64,000 nucleotides of DNA, from assembly GCA_038087875.1 (NCBI GenBank), contig CM075996.1:6946001-7010000 (forward strand), given 5' to 3'. The DNA comes from Malacoraja senta (taxonomy: Eukaryota). Numbering within the stretch: the first letter of the stretch is position 1; every line of letters starts with the position of its first letter. This document shows positions 51,501 through 63,803 of the stretch, in pieces. A program made the translations under genes and the position numbers. The notes under the pieces were generated by a model. That model saw only the letters and a list, made by a program, of their open reading frames with translations. It did no database searches and was not told where the DNA came from.

Positions 51501-54500
51501 ATCTTGAAGTTTATACGGAACCGCACAGGGAGCCAGTGGAGAGAGGCCAGGATCGGGGTGATGTGGTCCCTTTTTCGGGTGCCCGTCAGGAGTCTCGCTG
51601 CGGCGTTTTGGACCAGTTGCAGGCGGGACAGGGAAGATTGGCTGATGCCAGTGTAAAGGGAGTTGCAGTAATCTTGACTTGACTTTGCTATGACACTCAA
51701 AATTGAGCTTAGGTTCATCCTGTTTCCATTGATTATCCTTAAGATGTTTCGACAACTTGATTGGAGTCCACCAGTGGTCAATTAAATTGATTGGACATGA
51801 TTTGGAAAGGCACACACCTGTCTATATAAGGTCCCACAGTTGACAGTGCATGTCAGAGCAAAAACCAAGCCATGAAGACGAAGGAATTGTCCGTAGACCT
51901 CCGAGACAGGATTGTGTCAAGACACAGATCTGGGGAAGGGTATAAAACAATTTCTGCAGCATTGCAGGTCCCGAAGAGCACAGTGGCCTCCGTCATTCTT
52001 AAATGGAAGAACTTTGGAACCACCAGGACTCTTCCTAGAGCTGGCCGCCCGGCCAAACTGAGCAATCGGGAGAGAAGGGCCTTGGTCAGGGAGGTGACCA
52101 AGAACCCAATGGTCACTCAGCTCCAGAGTTCCTCGGTGGAGATGGGAGAACCTTCCAGAAGGAGAACTATATCTGAGCACTCCACCAATCAGGCCTTTAT
52201 GGTAGAGTGGCCAGACGGAAGCCACTCCTCAGTAAAATGCACATGACAGCCCGCTTGGAGTTTGCCAAAAGGCACCTAAAGGACTCTCAGACCATGAGAA
52301 ACAAGATTCTCTGGTCTGATGAAACCAAGATTGAACACTTAGGCCTGAATGCCAAGCGTTACGTCTGGAGAAAACCAGGCACCTACGGTGAGGCATGGTG
52401 GTGGCAGCATCATACTGTGAGGATGTGTTTCAGCGGCAGGAACTGGGAGACTAGTCATGATCGAGGGAAAGATGAACAGAGCAAAGTACAGAGATCCTTG
52501 ATGAAAACCTGCTACAGAGCGTTCTGGACCACAGACTGGGGCGGAGGTTCACCTTCAAACAGGACAACGACCCTAAGCACACAGCCAAGACAACGCAGGA
52601 GTGGCTTCGTGACAAGTCTGCGAATGCCCTTGAGTGGCCCAGCCAGAGCCCGGACTTGAACCCGATCGAACATCTCTGGAGGGACTTGAAAATAGCTGTG
52701 CATCGACGCCCCCCATCCAACCTGACAGAGCTTGAGAGGATCTACAGAGAAGAATGGGAGAAATTACCCAAATACAGGTGTGCCAAGCTTGTGGAGTCAT
52801 ACCTGAGAAGACTTGAGGCTGTAATCGCTGCCAAAGGTGCCTCAACAAAGTACTGAGTAAAAGGTCTGAATACTTATGTAAATGTGATATTTCAGTTATT
52901 TATTTTTAATTACTTTGCAATAATTTCTAAACACTTGTTTTCGCTTTTTTATTATGGGGTATTGTGTGTAGATTGATGATTAAAAAAAAAAGAAATGTAT
53001 CCATTTTGGAATAAGGCTGTAACGTAACAAAATGTGGAAAAAGTGAAGGGGTCTGAATACTTTCTGAATGCACTGTGTTGTCACACACATGCGCGCACAC
53101 ACACACATACGCATGCACACACACACACACATGTGTGAGTCAGAGTGTGTGTAAACAGAGGGTAATAAGCAGGAGAACACCAATCATCGCTTACCTGCTT
53201 GCTGAAAATATAATTCTTCCTTGAATTTCGACAGAGTCACCATGCTTCATTTGCAAACCCGTCATATGCAAGAGCTGAGGGGGCAAGAAAAAGCTTCCTG
53301 AGTCGACAGTATTAGAAGTCGGTGCAATGGCGCAGCTGGTAGAGCCACTGCCTCACAGCACCTGAGATCCCAGGTTCGATCCCGACCCCGGGTGATGTCT
53401 GCAAGGAGTTTGCACGTTCTCCCTGCGCCCACGTGGGTTTGCTCCGGACACTCCGGTTTCCTCCCACATCCCAAAGACCACGCGGATTTGTAGCTTATGT
53501 GGCCTTCTGTAAATTGGCCCTAGTGTGCAGGGAGTGGGTGACAAAGTGGGGGGGACGTAGAACCAGTCCGAACGGGTGATCGAAGGTCGGTGCAGACTCG
53601 GTGGGCCGAAGGGCCTGTTTCCATGTTGTATCTCTAAACTAAACTGAACATTAAAGAATGTGGGAAGGAACTGCAGATGCTGGTTTACACCGAACATAGA
53701 CACAAAATGCTGGAGTTACTCAGCGGGTCAGGCAGTAGAAAAGGGATGGGAACAGCACCTCCCATTGAGTCGGCACCGACCAGCAGCCACCCGTTGACGC
53801 TAGTTCCATGTTATCTCACCTTGTCACCCACTCCACATATTAAAGAATCTACACAAAGCCCTGTGTAAACCAACATTCTGATGTGAGTGGAGTGAATTGC
53901 CACAGGTTCAAATCCCATCCCCGCCCCCTCTCACTCCACCATCACCAGCTGTGTAGCATCAACATCAATGTACTCAACTTATACACATGATCTTTAGCAG
54001 ATCTAATACAACATGGCCAATAATTGTCCACATTACAATAACCTGCTTCCTTTCTCATCGTTACTTTTGTGAATCTTACATTCATTTGTTCTATATCTCA
54101 CTCCATCACCATCTCCCCTGACTCTCAGTCTGAAGATGGGTTTCGATCCGAAACATCACCCATTCCTTCTCTCCAGACATGCGCTCCAGAAATGATGTAT
54201 TCAAGAAAGAGTTGGATATAGCTCTTAGGGCTAAAGGAATCAAGGGATTATGGGGAGAAAGCAGGAACGGGGTACTGATTCTGGATGATCAGCCATGATC
54301 ATATTGAATGGCGGTGCTGGCTCGAAGGGCCGAATGGCCTACTCCTGCACCTGTCCCGCTGAGTTCCTCCAGCATTTTGTGTCTATGAACTGGTTGTATC
54401 TGTGTATGGTGTATTGGAGATAGACACAAAATGCTGGATTATCTCAGCAGGTCAGGCAGCATCTCTGGAGAAAAGGAACAGGTGAATTTTCGGGTCAAGA

Positions 54501-55375
54501 CCCTTCTTCAGGATTTTGTGCCTATCTTTGACATTACACTTCAAACTGGTTCTCGTACACCTCTATAAGATCACTCCTTAACCTCCTACGCTCCATGGAA
54601 TAAAGTCCTAGCCTCAACCTCTCCCTACAGCTCAGGCCCACGGATGCTGTCCGACCCCTTGAGTTAGTCCAGCTATTTGTGTCTATCTTCTATTCCCACG
54701 AGGCTCTTTAATAGAGACTGCTTTCACTGATGGAGGCACTCGAGGTAAAACATCAGCTGCGAGTTAAAACCGTAGATAGGTCGAGTCTGGACCTGATACG
54801 ATACGATGGAACTTTATTTATTCCAGGAGGGAAATCGATCGGCCAACAGTCATAAAAGCACAAAATACATAAAACATGAAATTAAAGTGACGAGTGGAAA
54901 GGATTGGGGTTGTGCAAAGATTGGGGAGGGAGGGAGGGAGGGAGGGATGGGGGGAGGCAGTCTCAGTCTACCCCAGGGGGAGGAGTTGTACAGTTTGATA
55001 GCCACAGGGAAGAAAGGTCTGTGGCGTTCTGTGCTGCATCTTGGAAGGTCACCTATTCCTTTCAAGAGATCCACTGAGTTACTCCAGCTTTTCGTGTCAT
55101 TCTTCGATGTAAACTGGCATCTACAGTTCCTTCCTACACAAAAAAAAACTGGGGCTTACTAGCTGGTAGCCTCATCGTTGGCCGAATAACTCACCGCAGG
55201 TTCAGATCATAAGTAATAGGAGTATAATACGGCCATTCGGCCCATCACGTCTACTACACCATTCAATCATGACTGATTTATCTCTCCCTCTTAACCCCTC
55301 CTGCCTTCTCCCCGTCACCTCTGGTGGTGAGGGATAGGCACCGGCTGGTGAGAGATTGGTACTCACGTTTGGCAT
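48406..55375 (-). CDS. Prototype galectin gene B, join(55375-55367,53274-53195,49429-49267,48570-48406), 138 aa
   Basis: MPN/LLHMTGLQMKHGDSVEIQGRIIFSASR/FSIDLGKDLANLGLHFTPRFTANETRIILNNTVNHRWRGEQVEKSTLQNNTDFK/VHITFTQDNFEIVISDETTLMFPNRSGLDMMKECWINGDFQLKSMKWNNSGSFE*. GT-AG introns with the same phases as gene A. Confidence 0.92.
49267..49429 (-). CDS. Galectin B exon 3 (163 nt)
   Basis: ctttgtttcag|ATTTTCA...TTCAAG|gtgaga; encodes LGLHFTPRF, WRGEQV. Confidence 0.93.
50490..51082 (-). mobile_element. Tandem CR1-clade LINE 3' ends
   Basis: MFPLVGESGTRGHSLRIKG..FRKEMRRHFFSQRVVNLWNSLP. Similar fragments at ~8890-9435, ~21550-21896, ~30200-30420 and ~60340-60610. Confidence 0.8.
51083..51672 (-). 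mobile_element. L2-clade LINE 3' fragment
   Basis: DYCNSL...LQLVQNAAARLL...LHWLPVRFRI (ORF 51218-51781). Confidence 0.85.
51683..53075 (+). mobile_element. Tc1/mariner IR-DR transposon, left end truncated, degraded transposase (galectin B intron 2)
   Basis: MKTKELS...GRPAKLS, ILWSDETK, QDNDPKH, WPSQSPDLNPIEHLW; right TIR ends ...ctgaatgcactg with an internal repeat ggtctgaatactt. Confidence 0.9.
53195..53274 (-). CDS. Galectin B exon 2 (80 nt)
   Basis: tttcttgccccctcag|CTCTTG...AGCAG|gtaagc. Confidence 0.88.
53321..53645 (+). mobile_element. tRNA-derived V-SINE (HE1-like), representative copy
   Basis: Same structure. Further copies near 1305, 7480, 11416, 12265, 12986, 15335, 20755, 27077, 47190, 49470, 56655, 61575 and 63845. 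Confidence 0.8.
55367..55375 (-). CDS. Galectin B coding exon 1 (MPN)
   Basis: agaaggATGCCAAAC|gtgagt, ~77 nt downstream of TATAAA; same position as gene A exon 1. Confidence 0.82.
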
Positions 55376-55451
55376 CCTTCTTATGGCTCACGGGCACAGT
55401 CAGCTCGTTGAAATAAAGCGAGGACAACTTGTCTGGCCTCCACAACCCTGG

Positions 55452-55457
55452 TTTATA
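55452..55457 (-). promoter_or_regulatory. TATA box of galectin B
   Basis: TATAAA in the context tggtttataaag(a/g)caatctc, shared with gene A. Confidence 0.75.
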
Positions 55458-55734
55458 AAGGCAATCTCACCCAGCCTGGTCGCCACTCAGGATCGGCCCC
55501 GACAGTGCTTCACCCCTACACCTCCCCTTTGCAGCTGGCAGCCAATGCGAGAGCGCGATAGGCACCCGTGCAGCATCCCACTGAGAGCTGGCAAGGAGAC
55601 ACGGGAGTGATTGAGAGATGGAGGTGAAGTTGTCAGAAAACAAACCTTGGGCGGGGAAGGTTTGTTCAGACAACGTGTCGTTACACTTTCACACTGGGAG
55701 AGTTGCTGGATTGGGAAGACTCTCTTGTTTCCCA

Positions 55735-56350
55735 TACTGGACCACTGTCCCTACTCACAGACACGCATTGGATCACTGTCCTAAATCACTGACTCTGCAC
55801 TGGATCACTGACTGACACTGGATCACTGTCCTGGCTAACTGACTCTGCACTGGATCACTGTCCTGGCTCACTGACTGACACTGGATCACTGTCCTGGCTA
55901 ACTGAATGACACTGGATCACTGTCCTGGCTAACTGACTCTGCACTGGATCACCGACTCTCCACTGGATCACCGTCCTGGCTCAATGACTCTCCACTGGAT
56001 CACCGTCCTGGTTCACCGACTCTCCACTGGATCACCGTCCTGGTTCACCGACTCCACTGGATCACCATCCTGGCTCAATGACTCTCCACTGGATCACCGT
56101 CCTGGTTCACCAACTCTCCACTGGATCACTGACTCTCCACTGGATCACCATCCTGGCTCAATGACTCTCCACTGGATCACCGTCCTGGTTCACTGACTCT
56201 CCACTGGATCACTGACTCCACTGGATCACCATCCTGGCTCAATGACTCTCCACTGGATCACCATCCTGGTTCACTGACTCTCCACTGGATCACCGACTCT
56301 CCACTGGATCACTGTCCTGGCTCACTGACCTGACACTGGATCACTGTTCA
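55735..56350. repeat. Minisatellite (cactggatcaccgtcctggctcaatgactctc-like units with shorter variants)
   Basis: More than 20 ctggatcac cores. Confidence 0.88.
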
Positions 56351-57965
56351 CACACTGACCCACTGGCCCCATTCACTGGCCCTGACTCAGACTCAGACTT
56401 GTTCACTGTCCCACACCCACTGGCTCACTGCACACTCTCACTGAACCACACTGGATCACTGTCTGCACTCACTGGCCCTGACTCACTGGCCCACACACTC
56501 AGAATCCCGGTCCTTCAACCCTCTGAGATCACTGCTCTGATCCTGGTCCCTTGATCATATCCGTGCCTCATTCCTACACCAATGGCCGCTGTGCCTGCAT
56601 CTCCCCGTCCCCACCATCCGCTCCGCGTCCTGTGGGGCTTTCCCAAGCAACTCAGGCGGCACGGTGGCGCAGCGGTAGAGTTGCTGCCTCACAGCGCCAG
56701 AGACCCGGGTTCGATCCTGACTACGGGTGCTGTCTGTACGGAGTCTGCACGTTCTCCCCGTGACCGCGTGGGTTTTCCCCGGGTGCTCCGGTTTCCTCCC
56801 ACACTCCAATGACGTGCAGGTTTTTAAGGTTAATTGGCTTCCGTAAGTTGTATAAAGCTGTCCCTTTATTATAAACCAACAACAATATTGAATTATTTAC
56901 AATAACATGTACAATAGTAAATGATTCTAAACAAAACCCCACCACCATAGTACAAGTAACATAAATATTCTGAAACAACTATTTCCCCATCCTTAATACA
57001 AATATCAACAAATTGTCCCTAGTGTGTGTGGGTTAGTGCTAGTGTATATTGAACGGCGCTGTATCTCGAAAGACTAAAGTCATAATGTCGTATGGGCTAG
57101 GAGCAGATATAGGCCATTTGGCCCACAGTCTAAAGGCACTTAGCATCAAATCCTCCCTCTTCTGAGGAACTCACTTTCGCTGTATCAAAAACGGGCCACC
57201 TGTTTAGGAAGGAATTCCAGATGCGGGTTTATGCTGGTTAACATATGGTGAGCATTTGTCGGCACTGGGCCTATATTCGGTGGAGTTTATATGAGGGGGG
57301 GGACTTCATTGAAACCTAAAGAAGGGTCTCGACCCGAAACGTCGCCCATTCCTTCTCTCCAGAGATGTTGCCCGTCCTGCTGATTCACTGCAACATTTTG
57401 TGTTCATCTCCATGGTGTAATTAAAAGCCACTGCAGATGCTGGTTTATAATGAAAGATAGACACAGAATGGTGAAGTAATTTTAGTTTGGTTTGGTTTAG
57501 CTTATTGTCAAGTGTACCGAGGTACAGTGAAAAGCTTTTGTTGCGTGCTAACCACTCAGTGGAAAGACAATACATGAATACAATCGAGCCGTCCAGTGTA
57601 CAGATACACGATGAAGGGAATAACATGAATAACGTCTAGTGCAAGGTAAAGCCAGTAAAGTCCGATCAAAGATAGTCCGAGGGTCTCCAATGAGGTAGAT
57701 GGTAGCTCAGGACTGTTCTCTAGTTATGGGAGGATGGTTCAGTTGCCTGATAACAGCTGGGAAGAAACTGCCCCTGAATCTGGAGGTGTGCGTCTTCACA
57801 CTTCTGTACCTCTTGCCCGATGGGAGAGGGGAGAAGAAGGAGTGAGACTGATAAGGGTCACGATAAGGGAATAATGTTTAGTGCAAGATAAAGCCAGTAA
57901 ACTCAGCGGGTCGGGCATCTCCGGAGAAAATGGATAGGTGATGTTTCAGGTCGGGACCCTTCTTT

Positions 57966-59062
57966 GTTGAACATGAACTCAGTGCGATCTGTGGCATTAG
58001 ATCAAGCTTCAATTATTATCTCGCCCAAAACACAAACACTAACGGCCTGTCGCTCCCTGTCAAAGCTCATGAACAATGTCGGGGCAGAATGGTTTGCAGA
58101 CGGACTCTGAATACAGATCCGGTTTCTGACACCGTTTGTCTGGGGGTCAGCTCTCTCATCCCCGGAGGTGGCCTCGTGACCCTCTTCTGGACCGCCTCCA
58201 ACACTGGCACATCTCTCCTTAAATGAAGGGAGGCCACTAAACCTATGCCCAGCACTCCGGGTACAGACCGACCGACCGACCAACACCCTGTACTGTTGCA
58301 ACAATATCTCCATATTCCACGTCTCCAGTCCTTGCTGTACCTGCCTGCTGATTGTATTGTAATTGATGCACGAGAACAAATAGATCCCTCTCTACTCCAC
58401 CATTTGATGTTTGTCTACATCTGGATAATAGTCTGTCTGGAGCTGACAATGCCCTTGGGAAGAGCGTATTGAAGAGGCTAACGAGAGGAAACGCACAAAG
58501 TACCAGGAACTGGTGGAGATGTGCCAGGACAGCGGCTGGAAGACATACTATGAGCCCATAGAGGTGGGCTGTAGAGGCTTTGCAGGATGCTCACTCTGCA
58601 AAGTCCTCAATCAGTTGGGCGTTACGGGGCTGGCAAAGAAGAGGGCCATTCAATCCGCTAGCGAAGCCGCAGAGTAAGCCACTATGTGGCTTTGGATTAA
58701 GAGGGCTGATCCGTGGGCGGTTGCTGCTGGGATGCAAGTCGGGGCCTGATCAACCCCGACTGGGTCGCCTGGGCGAGGGTGTCTGATGTCGTGAGACCAG
58801 AAACACCCGATGACCCCAGATCACATCACTGACGATGCGTCCCAGCGCATCTAGAAGATGTATCTTTCACACTCTAAAAGTGCCCGCATTTTCCTCACAT
58901 GGTGTGAAGCTAATGTTATGTTCATCGCTCAGCTTTTTCAAGTTCCAAGGGTCATTGTCGTTTGTCCTGGGCTCACAATCGTTGGAAACTTCTGCACCAA
59001 ATTTGGGCTGAGTTCCCGGCACCGATCTCTCCCAGAGAGAGGATTCCCCTCTGGTGAAGCTT
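57966..59062 (+). repeat. Locus-specific duplicated module, copy 3 (upstream of galectin B)
   Basis: Collinear with copies 1 and 2 apart from the HERO insertion. Confidence 0.82.
58439..58874 (+). mobile_element. HERO/R2-group (RLE) non-LTR retrotransposon 3' fragment
   Basis: LELTMPWEERIEEANERKRTKYQELVEMC...GW...PIEVGCRGF...WLWIKR. Absent from the paralogous copies of the flanking repeat. Confidence 0.78.
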
Positions 59063-61993
59063 AGTTTAGTTTAGAGATACAGCGTGGAAACAGGCCCTTC
59101 GGCCCTCCGGGTCCGCACCGACCTGAGATCACCCCGCACACTAGTAGTATCCCGCACACTGTGAACAATTTACAATCTTTACCAATTTACAATCTTTACC
59201 AATTAACCACCAAACTTCGTCATGAATTGGGCGGCATGGTGGGGCAATGGTAGAGCTGCTGCCTTACAGCGCCAAAAACCAGGCTACTGTTGCTGTCTGT
59301 ACAGAATTTGTACATGTCCCAAACAGAACAGTAAAATTCTTTCTTGCAGCTCGAGTCAGAACACAGGGTGATCTCCCATCAGCAAAACCATCAGCTTCAC
59401 CAATGGAGACCCCACTCTATGGGGGAGATCAGTGGCAGGAGCCCATGAGTAGGAAGGAACTGCAGGAGCTGGTTTACACTGAAGACAGACACAAAATGCT
59501 GGTGTAACTCAGCGGGACAGGCAGCATCTCTGGAGAGAAGGAATGGGTGACGTTTCGGTTCGAGACCCTTCTTCAGACTAGACAGGAGAAAGGGAAATGA
59601 GAGATATAGACGATGATGACATAGACTGAGGGTGGTGTGTCTCGAACAAGCTGCCAGAGGAGGTAGTTGAGGCTGGGACTATTCCAACGTTTTGCAAAAG
59701 TTAGACAGGTACATGGTTAGGACAGGTTTGGAGGGATATGGACCAAGCACAGGCTGGTGGGACTAGTGTAGCTGGGACATTGTTGGCCGGTGTGGGCAAG
59801 TTGGGCCGAAGGGCCTGTTTCCACACCGTATCACTCCATGACTCTATGTAGAGTGATAAAGAACAATGAACAGGAGCTCATGATGTGAACCATCCCATTG
59901 TATCGGGATACATCACAGCATGGTTTGGGAACAGCTCCATCCAAGACCGCAAGAAATTGCAGAGTGTTGTGGACGCAGCCCAAGCCATCACACAAACCAA
60001 CCTCGCATCCATTGACGCCATCTACACTTCACGCCAACAGCATTACCAAGGACCAGTCTCACCCCGTTCACTCCCTCCTTTCTTCCCAGTTGTTATCAGG
60101 CAACTGAACCATCCTTTCACCAACTAGAGATCGGTCTTGACCTACCATCTCCCTCGCTGGAGACCCACGGGCTATCTTTAATCGGACTTTACTGGGCTTT
60201 ATGTTGGGCTAAATGTTATTCCCATTATCATGTATCTGTACACTGGATGGCTCGATTGTAATCACGTATTGTCTTTCTGCTAACTGGGTAGCACGCAACA
60301 AAAGCTTTTCACTGGACCTCGGTACATGTGCTAATAAACTCAGAATAAAAGGACATACCTTTACAAGGGAGATGAGGAGGAATTTCTTTAGCCAGGTGGG
60401 TGATGAATCTGTGGAATTTGCCACAGACAGCTGTGGAGGTCAAGTCAATGGATATTTTTAAGGTGGAGGTTGATAGATTCTTGATTAGTACGGGTATCAG
60501 GGATTATGGGAAGGCAGGAGAGGGGGGAAAGATTGATCAGCCATGATTGAGTGGCGGCATAGACTTGATGGGCCGAATGGCCTAATTCTGCTCCTATCTC
60601 TTATGACATCACTTTTGAACTTATGAAACTAAATCTGCAGAATTTTGCAAAGATTGTGAGCCCAGGACAATTGACAACTGACTGACATTGACCTTTGAAC
60701 TTTAAAAGATGAGCGATGAAGCCTCCTTTTGATCTGGTATTTTATTTAATTCACATGTTTAATCAATAATGTTTTATTGTTAATGTTTAATGTTTTGTGT
60801 CATTCCTAACTGTCACTGTATGGCATATTGTCACTTGTGGGCGGAGCACCAAGGCAAATTCCTTGTATGTGAATACTTGGCCAATAAACCTTTTCATTCA
60901 TTCATGAACATAACATTAGCTTCACTCAAAGTGGGGAAAGTGCGGGGACGTGTACTTTTGGGCAGACTATTATCCAGATGTAGACAAACATCAAATGGTG
61001 GAGTAGAGAGGGATCTATTTGTTCTCGTGCATCAATTACAATACAATCAGCAGGCAGGTACAGCAAGGACTGGAGACGTGGAATATGGAGATATTGTTGC
61101 AACAGTACAGGGTGTTGGTCGGTCGGTCGGTCTGTACCCGGAGTGCTGGGCATAGGTTTAGTGGCCTCCCTTCATTTAAGGAGAGATGTGCCAGTGTTGG
61201 AGGCGGTCCAGAAGAGGGTCACGAGGCCACCTCCGGGGATGAGAGGGCTGACCCCCAGACAAACAAAGTCAGAAACCGGATCCGTGTTCCTTGGAGCTCA
61301 GGAGGTTGAGGTGTGAACACAATGAAACTGTTGAGATGTTTTCATAACTGGCAGAGTCTCAAGAAAGGGTTAGCTCAGTTAAATCTGAGATGTGTAGGGG
61401 TTGAGGGCGGCACGGTGGCGCAGTGGAAGAGTTGCTGCCTTATGGCGCCAGGTTCTCGGCTGTCACTAAATGGGCTCCGTGACATCTTTCACTGATGGAC
61501 CATTATAGCCGGGTGTCATGGATCTTGATGGAAATGTGGAGAAATGAAGTCCAACTCAGGGCAAGCCCAAGATAGGGGTGGCACGGTGACGCAGCAGTGC
61601 CATAGACCCGGTCCTGACTACGGGTGCTGTCTGTACGGAGTTTGTACGCGACCTGTGTGGGTTTTCCCCGGGTGCTCCGGTTTCCTCCCACACTCCTAAA
61701 GATGTACAGATTTGTAGGTTAGGCTTCGGTCAACGTGTGTAGGATGGTATTAGTGTACGGGGTAATCGCTGGTCGGCGCAGGCTCGTTGGGCCAAAGGGC
61801 CTGTACGCTTCCACGCTGTATCTCTAAAGTCTAAAGTCACCTCTCCATTTTCTCCACAGAGATGCTGCCTGACCCGCTGATTACTCCAGCACTCTGTGTC
61901 TATCAAGGTAGGTGAACATTGTCAGATGGAATGAAAGTGTCTCACCAAGTGAGGAACGGAATCAGACAAGATGAATCATGAAGGGAATATGTT

Positions 61994-61999
61994 TTTATT
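61994..61999 (-). terminator. Polyadenylation signal, galectin C
   Basis: Same context as gene B. Confidence 0.65.
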
Positions 62000-62772
62000 G
62001 CATTACAAGCGCAAAGCGAGTTATTCTTGAGTTTGCCAACTCGGCGACACATCCCATCACCAATTGTTCAACACAGACGTGCATTTACAAAGTGTCATTT
62101 GAGTCGGAAAATAAACCTTTGCAATAGCATTGAATAAATGGTCAAACTGGGAGAAGAGGGAGACTGGGTGTATCAGTGAGGTCCGTGACGACTAGAAATG
62201 GGCCAAATGTGGTCTCTGCTCTCTACACAACACCTCGTGAGAGAGGGGGGTGGGGAGGCGATCTGTTCTACAATCCCTGTAGGAACAACACCCCCCGCTC
62301 CCCCAATCCCCGACAATGCCATTCCATCCAACAAGCCAACGGATTCCAACTTATTCAAGTTAAGACCTTCAGGAAAAACAAATGATTCCTGGTGAAACCA
62401 TCTTGCACAGTGCAATGACCAGTCAGTGGAAGGACTAAGTAGTTTAGTGAGCAAGGCTGATGTGGAGGGAATAGTTAGTCTACGGGCTGCACCATAGCCC
62501 CTCACTGAATGGAGTGATTCCCTGCCCCCTGTAGATGCCCAGTCTGCCCTCTTTTCCCCAGGGCTGGAATAGCGACAGTAAAGATGGAAACAGCTCGACG
62601 CCCATCTGAAGGGCAAGCAAAGAGTTTCAATAGCTCGGACAAAGCATTCAGCGGTGAGCCCCCTTCTGACATCCCCTTACGCTTACTTGCTCCAGTTCCC
62701 CCGCACCCAATTCCTGGAAGAAAAACCACTCTCCCCTCAAAATATTTTAAAAGACCCCCCAAAAGTGTCCGT

Positions 62773-63803
62773 TTATTCGAAGGACCCTGAATTGTTCCAT
62801 TTCACGCTCTTCAGCTGAAAATCCCCATTGATCCAAAATTCTTTCATCATATCCAAGCCACTGCGGTTTGGAAACATCAGTGTGGTTTCATCAGATATGA
62901 CGATCTCAAAGTTGTCTTGGGTGAACGTAATGTGGACCTGTCAAAGCAATAAACGGGAAACAAAAGGTCAGGAATTTGACAGAATTCACAAGAGCGGATG
63001 TAGATCCAACGCAAGGTAGAGTGATCTTATAGAGGTGTACGAGAACCAGTTTGAAGTGTAATGTCAAAGTTAGACTGAAGAAGGGTCTCGACCCGAAACG
63101 TTGCCTATTCCTTTTCTCCAGAGATGCTGCCTTACCCGTTGAGTTACTCCAGCTGTTTGTGTCTATCCCCAATACACCGACACATAGATACAACCAGTTC
63201 ATAGACACAAAATGCTGGAGGAACTCAGCGGGACGGGCAGCATCTCTGGAGGGAAGGAATGGGTGACGTATCAGGTCGAGACCCTTCCTCAGACTGAGAG
63301 TCAGGGGAAAGGGGAAAGGGGAATGAGAGATATAGACGGTGATGTAGAGAGATGTAGAACAAATGAATGAGAGATATGCAAAAAAGTAAGGATGATAAAG
63401 GAAACAGGTCATTGTTAGCTGTGGCTAGGTGGGAACGAAAGACATGGGTGGGTGAGGGATGGAGAGAGAGGGAATGCCGGGGTTATTTGAACTTGGATAA
63501 CTCAATATCCATACCCCTGAGCTGTATGCTGCCCAAAGCGAAATATGAGATGCTGCCCCTCCAATTTGTGTTGTCAGTGGGCTAAACGCAAATTGGAGAA
63601 ACAACATCTCCATAACTAAATCTAAGTCACACTCTCTCACCTTGAAATCGGTGTTATTTTGTAGGGTGCTTTTCTCAACCTGCTCCCCCCTCCACCTGTG
63701 GTTGACCGTGTTATTCAAGATAATCCTAGTTTCATTCGCAGTAAACCGTGGGTTAAAATGCAGTCCAAGGTTCGCAAGGTCCTTTCCTAGATCAATTGAA
63801 AAT
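62773..63803 (-). CDS. Prototype galectin gene C, partial: exon 3 (63803-63641) and exon 4 (62937-62773); exons 1-2 lie beyond the window
   Basis: Near-identical to gene B exons 3-4 with intact splice sites. Has HFNPRF, and differs from B at three codons (T>N, C>F, M>V). Confidence 0.92.

Noticed and set aside
55735..56350. Regularly spaced repeats resembling a CRISPR array
   Set aside because: Spacers are not unique, there are no cas genes and the context is eukaryotic; it is a minisatellite.
56655..56730. tRNA gene-like A and B boxes
   Set aside because: These are SINE heads followed by V-domain and LINE-derived tail, not tRNA genes.
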